From an uncultured Actinomycetes bacterium (GTDB taxonomy: Bacteria > Actinomycetota > UBA4738 > HRBIN12): a DNA stretch of 64,000 bases. The translations under genes and the position numbers were made by a program. The stretch covers positions 96,001-160,000 of the forward strand of contig OY969934.1 of the NCBI GenBank assembly GCA_963704725.1. Reading direction: 5' to 3'. A model generated the notes under the pieces. It was given only the letters and a program-made list of their open reading frames with translations. It was not told the DNA's origin and did no database searches. Below, piece by piece: positions 59,024 to 64,000 of this stretch; positions within the stretch are counted from its first letter, which is position 1; every line of letters begins with the position of its first letter.

Positions 59024-60234
59024 GCGAGCCGCTCGTCGCGGCGGTGGTCGCCGCGTCGGTCGTCGCCGGGATCACGGCGCTGTTCGGCCCCTGAGGGCTC
59101 TCGATGGTGGAGACCATCACCCCCGTGGTGCACGGGGGCCGGCGGAGCAGGTGGGCGACGTTCCTCGCCCTGCACGTCGCCGGCGCCACGCTGGCGGCCG
59201 TGGCGTTCGGCGCCCTGCTCGGCGAGGCCGGCGCGCTGCTCGGCGCGCCGTGGGGGAGTGCGGGCGTCGCGCTCGTCGCCGGGTCGGCGGTCCTGTACCT
59301 GGCGCGGGAGACGGTCGGCCTGCGGATCCCGGTTCCCCAGCTCCGCCGCCAGGTCCCCGACTGGTGGCGGACGTTCTTCGGGTTCGGGCCGGCGTCCTTC
59401 CTCTACGGGCTCGGGCTCGGGGTGGGGTTCCTCACGTTCCTGTCCGGCGGCACGCTCGTGGTGGTGGTGGTGGCGGCCGTCGCCGGGGGCCGGCCGGCGC
59501 TCGGGGCGATGCTGATGGGGCCCTTCGGGCTGGCGCGGGGGATGACCGCGCTGGTCGCGATGCGCGCCCGGACGCCGGAGGGCGGCTCCGAGCTCGTCGG
59601 GCGGATCGCCCGGTCTGCGGGCCGTCCCGGATGGCGGGTGGTGCGCTCGGCGGCGCTCGCGGCCGTCGCCGTCGCCGGGCTCGCGGCCGGAGGTCGGCTC
59701 GAGGGCCGGCAGCTGGGAGCCGTTGCGGCGGCGGTCGTCGCCGTGGCGTTCGCCGCGGCCGGCGTGGCCAAGCTGGCGGATCTTCGCTCGTGGCGTCGGG
59801 GCCTCGGCGCGTACGTGCTCCCCCGCCCCGTGGAGCGCGCCGCCTCGGTCGTGGTCCCGGGCGCCGAGCTCGTGGTGGCGACACTGCCGTTCCTCGGACT
59901 GCGCTCGACGGCGGGGCTCGTCGCCCTCGTGGCCCTGGCGGCCTTTTCCGCGGCGACGGTTCGCGCCCGGATCCGGGGCGGCAGCCGGCTTGCGTGCGGC
60001 TGCTTCGGATCGGCGACGCCGCGCGACTACCGGCTCCTGCTCCTTCGCAACGCGCTCCTGGCCGTGGCGGCGATCTCGGCCTGGCGAGGCGGGGGGGATG
60101 CGCCGGTCGCCGCGCTCCGGATGCCGGCGGGATCGGAGCTCCTGCCGGCTGCCATCGTCGCGACCGGGCTGGGGCTCGCCGTGTGGGCCGGGGCGCAGAC
60201 CGCGATCGCCGTTCGGCGCGGGGCCCGGCAATGA
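59017..60234 (+). CDS. MauF-like/MauE fusion membrane protein with in-frame TGA at codon 26 (candidate selenoprotein)
   Basis: GTG 59017 overlaps the upstream stop; TM helix, then F-G-P-[TGA]-G-L-S-M; C-terminal MauE features AGVAKL, PGAEL, CGCFG, LLRN. Confidence 0.7.
59095..59138 (+). promoter_or_regulatory. Candidate bacterial SECIS element
   Basis: Hairpins GATGGT-ggag-ACCATC (59103-59118) and CCCCCGTG-gtg-CACGGGGG (59120-59138) just 3' of the TGA; both loops begin with G. Confidence 0.5.
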
Positions 60235-60827
60235 AGCGGATCGCGCTCGCGGTCGCCGGGATGGCCGCCGTAGCCGTGGCGGCCCTCGCGCTTCCGGCCG
60301 GGGCGACACACACGAACCAGACGGACCCGAACGATACGCCCGGCCGCCTCGACGTTCGCGGGGTCGTGCTGGCTCACGACGAGACGCCGCGGTGGCGCAT
60401 CTCCACGTTCGCCTCGTGGACGACGCGGCAGCTCTGGGACGCGGGCGGGCTCGTCGTCGAGCTCGACACGACGGGCGAGGCCGGGATCGACCACCTCATT
60501 GTCGTCCGATCGGACGGCCGGAAGCTCGTCGCCACCCTCTTCCGGGTTCGGGCCGACGGCTCCGAGCGCCGGGTCGCCAACCTGCACGCCGCCAAGGACG
60601 GCCGGGCGGGGGTCGCGGTCTCGGTCGCGCTGCACCGGCTGACGATCGGCTCCGAGCGAACCTCGTACTTCTGGTCGGTGCTCTCGATGTTCACGGGCGC
60701 GGCGTGTCCCCAGACCTGCCTCGACCACGTGCCCGACGAGGGCATGATCGAGCAGCCGCTGCCCGGGATCACGCCGTCGCCCACACCCACGACGACACCG
60801 AGCCCGACGCCCGGTCTCGGCGGTTGA
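60231..60827 (+). CDS. Secreted hypothetical protein with CxxxC motif and Pro/Thr tail
   Basis: ATGA overlap; signal peptide MKRIALAVAGMAAVAVAALALPAGA; CPQTC; TPSPTPTTTPSPTP. Confidence 0.75.
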   Translation: MKRIALAVAGMAAVAVAALALPAGATHTNQTDPNDTPGRLDVRGVVLAHDETPRWRISTFASWTTRQLWDAGGLVVELDTTGEAGIDHLIVVRSDGRKLVATLFRVRADGSERRVANLHAAKDGRAGVAVSVALHRLTIGSERTSYFWSVLSMFTGAACPQTCLDHVPDEGMIEQPLPGITPSPTPTTTPSPTPGLGG

Positions 60828-60879
60828 GGGGTCGGTCGCCCGCTTCCCAACCCTCCGGGGGCCGTGGGAGTATCCGTCC

Positions 60880-62745
60880 ATGTCCGCCGACGCCCTGATC
60901 ACCAACGCCAACGGGCGTCGCCCCGGGCTCGGCCGGGGGCGGGAGCCGGCGGCCGCGCTCACCGCGGTGGTCGAGGACCTCGCGGGCGAGCTGTCGCTCC
61001 GCCCGCTCCTCGAGCGGATCCTCCTGCACTCGACCGAGCTGCTCGGGTGCGACGCCGGATCGATCTGCCTCGTCGACGAGTCCGCCGGTGTCTACCGCAA
61101 GGAGGCGGACATCGGGGTGGCCTGCCAATCGGGACGCGTCTTCCCCCTGACGGAGGGCGTGACCGGCGCGGTCGTGAAGCGTCGGGGCCCGGTCATCTTC
61201 GCCGACTACGCCGAGGTGCCGGGCGGCCACGTCCGGCCGGAGGACCGCGCGTCGCTGCGCGGCGTGATCGGGGTCCCGATCTGGTGGCGTGGCGAGATCG
61301 TGGGGTCCTGCGTGGTGTTCTCCCGAGACCCCGGGCGCACGTTCTCCCTGCAGGACGCCGAGCTGCTCGGGCTGTTCGCGAAGCACGCCGCCATCGCCGT
61401 GACGAACGCGCGCCTGCACGAGGCCTCGGAGGCCAACGCGAGGGCGGAGGCGACCGCGGCCGAGAGGGAGCGCATCGCGCGGGAGGTGCACGACACCGTG
61501 GCGCAGGGGCTGGTTTCGGTCCTGCTCCAGCTCCGGGCCGCCGACGGCGCGGTCGCCGAGGGGCGGTCCGAGGACGCCGTGGCCGCGCTCCGCGAGGCGC
61601 GCGCGACCGCAGAGGCCGCCTTCGAGGAGACCCGCCGCAGCGTGCTCGGCCTGGCGCCGTCGCCGCTCGAGGGCCGCTCGCTGGAGGAGGCGCTGGAGCT
61701 CGAGGTCGACTGGGCGAACCGGATCGGCGTGGCGGACCTGCGGCTGGTGACGGCGGGACCGCAAGTACCGTTGCCGGCTGAGCTGGCGCTCACGCTCTTC
61801 CGCATCGCGCAGGAGGCGCTCACGAACGCGCTCCGCCACGCGCGGGCACGATCGGTGCGGTTCGGGCTCGTGTACGGGCCGGCCGACGTCACGCTGCTCG
61901 TCCAGGACGACGGGGCGGGGTTCGACCAAGCGCAGATCGATCAGGCCGGCGAGCTCGGGCACGGGGGCCTCCGGGGGATGGCCGAGCGGGCGCACCTTCT
62001 CGGAGGCACGCTCGAGCTCGACTCGACCCCAGGATGGGGAACGCGCGTCCGCGCCTCGATCCCCCTCCCGCTGGCTTCGCCCGCCGATGCCGAGCCGCTG
62101 GTCGGTCCCGTCCGGGTGCTCGTGGTCGACGACCACGCGATCGCCCGGGCGGGGATCGTCCGGCTCCTGTCCTCGGCGGGCGCGGCGGGGAGCGACCCCG
62201 CGCTTCGGATCGTCGGCGAGGCCTCCTCGGGCGAGGAGGCGGTGGCGGCCTGGCGCCAGCTTCGGCCGGACGTGGTCCTCATGGACCTCCGGATGCCGGG
62301 CGGTGACGGGATCGACGCGATCGCGCGGATCCGTCGCGAGGACCCGCAGGCTCGCATCGTGGCGCTCACGGCGTTCACGAACGACGATCTGGTCGCCGGC
62401 GCGATCCGAGCCGGCGCGCGCGGCTACGTCGGCAAGAGCGCAACGGTCGCGGAGCTCGTCGGCGCAGTGCTGAGCGCCTCGCGCGGCGACACAGTGCTGT
62501 CGGGTGCGGCGGCGGACCGTCTCCGCTCGCACCTGAATGGGTCGGGCGGCTACCTGGCCCTCACCGACCGCGAGCGCGAGGTGGTTCGCTACCTCGAACG
62601 CGGAACGCCAGATCGGGAGATCGCCGCGGCGCTGCATATCTCGATCAAAACGGTCGAGAAGCACGTCGGCTCCATCCTGCGCAAGACCGGCAGCCAGAAC
62701 CGCACGCAGGTTGCCGCGTTGGCGCGTGAGTACACTCGCGCCTAG
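60880..62745 (+). CDS. Hybrid GAF-histidine kinase-receiver-LuxR HTH transcription factor
   Basis: GAF domain, ERERIAREVHD (HisKA_3), QEALTNALRH/DDGAGF, VLVVDDH/DVVLMD, LTDREREV...KTVEKHV. Confidence 0.9.
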   Translation: MSADALITNANGRRPGLGRGREPAAALTAVVEDLAGELSLRPLLERILLHSTELLGCDAGSICLVDESAGVYRKEADIGVACQSGRVFPLTEGVTGAVVKRRGPVIFADYAEVPGGHVRPEDRASLRGVIGVPIWWRGEIVGSCVVFSRDPGRTFSLQDAELLGLFAKHAAIAVTNARLHEASEANARAEATAAERERIAREVHDTVAQGLVSVLLQLRAADGAVAEGRSEDAVAALREARATAEAAFEETRRSVLGLAPSPLEGRSLEEALELEVDWANRIGVADLRLVTAGPQVPLPAELALTLFRIAQEALTNALRHARARSVRFGLVYGPADVTLLVQDDGAGFDQAQIDQAGELGHGGLRGMAERAHLLGGTLELDSTPGWGTRVRASIPLPLASPADAEPLVGPVRVLVVDDHAIARAGIVRLLSSAGAAGSDPALRIVGEASSGEEAVAAWRQLRPDVVLMDLRMPGGDGIDAIARIRREDPQARIVALTAFTNDDLVAGAIRAGARGYVGKSATVAELVGAVLSASRGDTVLSGAAADRLRSHLNGSGGYLALTDREREVVRYLERGTPDREIAAALHISIKTVEKHVGSILRKTGSQNRTQVAALAREYTRA

Positions 62746-62846
62746 GGGAAACCCCGGCCCTCGGGACGGGTGATCCCCCCGATGCCGGGGCATCGTCCAT
62801 CCACCTAGCCTGTGCTCGCGTTCGCGAGCCAACGGAGGTGATTGGG

Positions 62847-63707
62847 ATGCCCGTCGTCCCGTTCAAGGACATCATCGACCGCGCCTACAAGGACCGCTAC
62901 GGCGTCGCGGCCTTCAACATCGTCAACGACCTCACGCTCGAGGCCGTGCTGGCGGCGGCGGTGGAGCAGCGCGCGCCGCTGATCGTCCAGACCTCGGTCA
63001 AGACGGTGAAGTCGATCGGGCGAGACGTCCTGTTCGGGATGTGGAAGACGATGACGGCCGGGATCGAGGTCCCCGTCACCCTGCATCTCGACCACTGTCC
63101 CGAGCGCGAGGTCATCACCTCGTGCCTCGAGGCCGGCTGGAACTCCGTGCTGTTCGACGGGTCGTCGCTTCCCGTGCAGGAGAACCTGAAGCAGGCCAAG
63201 GAGGTCGTCGAGGAGGCGCGCCGCTACGGCGCCCACGTCGAGGGCGAGATCGAGCCGTTCAAGGGCGTGGAGGACGACCTGGGCTCGGATGAGGAGTCCG
63301 ACCGCCAGTCGCTCGAGGTGGCGCTCGACTTCATCCGGTCGACCGGGGTCGACTGCTACGCGCCGGCGATCGGGAACGCGCACGGGTGGTACTCGAGCGA
63401 GCCCAAGCTCGACGCGCAGCGCGTGTCGGACATCGAGGCCGCCGAGCCGATCCCGATCGCGCTGCACGGCGGGAGCGGGATGACCGACGCGCAGTTCACC
63501 GACCTGATCGCGCGCGGCTGCGCGAAGGTGAACATCTCGACCGCGCTCAAGCGGCGGTTCATGAAGTCCAACCTGGAGTTCCTGCGCGACGCGGAGGCCA
63601 AGGACAAATGGGATCCGCCGTCCCTCTTCAAGCACGTCCGGGCCGAGATCGTCGAGTTGACCGCGGATCACATCAAGCGTTTCGGCAGCGTGGGCAAGGC
63701 CTGGTGA
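62847..63707 (+). CDS. fba: Class II fructose/tagatose-bisphosphate aldolase
   Basis: GVAAFN, LHLDH, IGNAHG, ALHGGSG, KVNIST; GGAGGTG RBS. Confidence 0.9.
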   Translation: MPVVPFKDIIDRAYKDRYGVAAFNIVNDLTLEAVLAAAVEQRAPLIVQTSVKTVKSIGRDVLFGMWKTMTAGIEVPVTLHLDHCPEREVITSCLEAGWNSVLFDGSSLPVQENLKQAKEVVEEARRYGAHVEGEIEPFKGVEDDLGSDEESDRQSLEVALDFIRSTGVDCYAPAIGNAHGWYSSEPKLDAQRVSDIEAAEPIPIALHGGSGMTDAQFTDLIARGCAKVNISTALKRRFMKSNLEFLRDAEAKDKWDPPSLFKHVRAEIVELTADHIKRFGSVGKAW

Positions 63708-64000
63708 GCACCCTCATCTTCGACTGCGACGGCGTGCTGGCCGACACCGAGCGGTACGGCCACCTCGTCGCATTCAACCAGACGTTCGAGGAGTTCGGCC
63801 TGCCCGTGCGCTGGTCCGAGGAGGAATACGGCCGCAAGCTCGCGATCGCCGGCGGCAAGGAGCGCATGAAGAGCCTGCTCACCGAGGACTTCGTCGCGGA
63901 GGCGGGGCTCCCGGCCGATCCGGAGGGTCAGAAGGCGATGCTCGCCGACTGGCATCGCCGGAAGACCGCGATCTACACGGAGCTCGTGGCGGCGGGCAAG
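63704..64000 (+). CDS. CbbY-like HAD-IA phosphatase, 3'-truncated by the window edge
   Basis: GTGA overlap; LIFDCDGVLADTERYGHLVAFN...GGKERM. Confidence 0.85.
   Translation, partial: MSTLIFDCDGVLADTERYGHLVAFNQTFEEFGLPVRWSEEEYGRKLAIAGGKERMKSLLTEDFVAEAGLPADPEGQKAMLADWHRRKTAIYTELVAAGK

Noticed and set aside
57990-60234. Calling the locus a bona fide methylamine dehydrogenase cluster
   Set aside because: No mauB, mauG or amicyanin in the window, and the small subunit lacks the second Trp needed for TTQ
54779-64000. Possible genomic island integrated at tRNA-Ile
   Set aside because: No integrase, no repeat of the tRNA 3' end noticed, and codon style matches the core genes

Overview
This is a GC-rich actinobacterial chromosome segment spanning the replication origin. 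The core runs cca-NUDIX-DUF6049-murJ-pseudokinase-sigM/anti-sigma ... trxB-trxA-cwlM ... parB-parA-rsmG-jag-yidC-yidD-rnpA-rpmH | dnaA-oriC-dnaN-recF-dciA-gyrB-gyrA-DUF3566-tRNA-Ile. It also holds accessory blocks: tusA/dsrE sulfur carriers, sodN/sodX, modABC, a menaquinone cluster and a GNAT + NSAR/OSBS pair. The most notable element is a translationally coupled Mau-like operon at about 57990-60827. It encodes a MauD-like CxxC protein, a Tat-exported 10-Cys protein resembling the methylamine dehydrogenase light chain but with only one Trp, a MauF-like/MauE fusion and a secreted CxxxC protein. In the fusion, the expected 'xPCGxS' cysteine is an in-frame TGA (59092-59094) followed by hairpins, making it a candidate selenoprotein; no mauB or mauG is present in the window. 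A second hidden element is an unannotated Cys-rich leader ORF (1795-1881, minus strand) upstream of tusA-dsrE, a candidate cysteine-responsive attenuator. All calls come from reading motifs by eye; no database searches were run.
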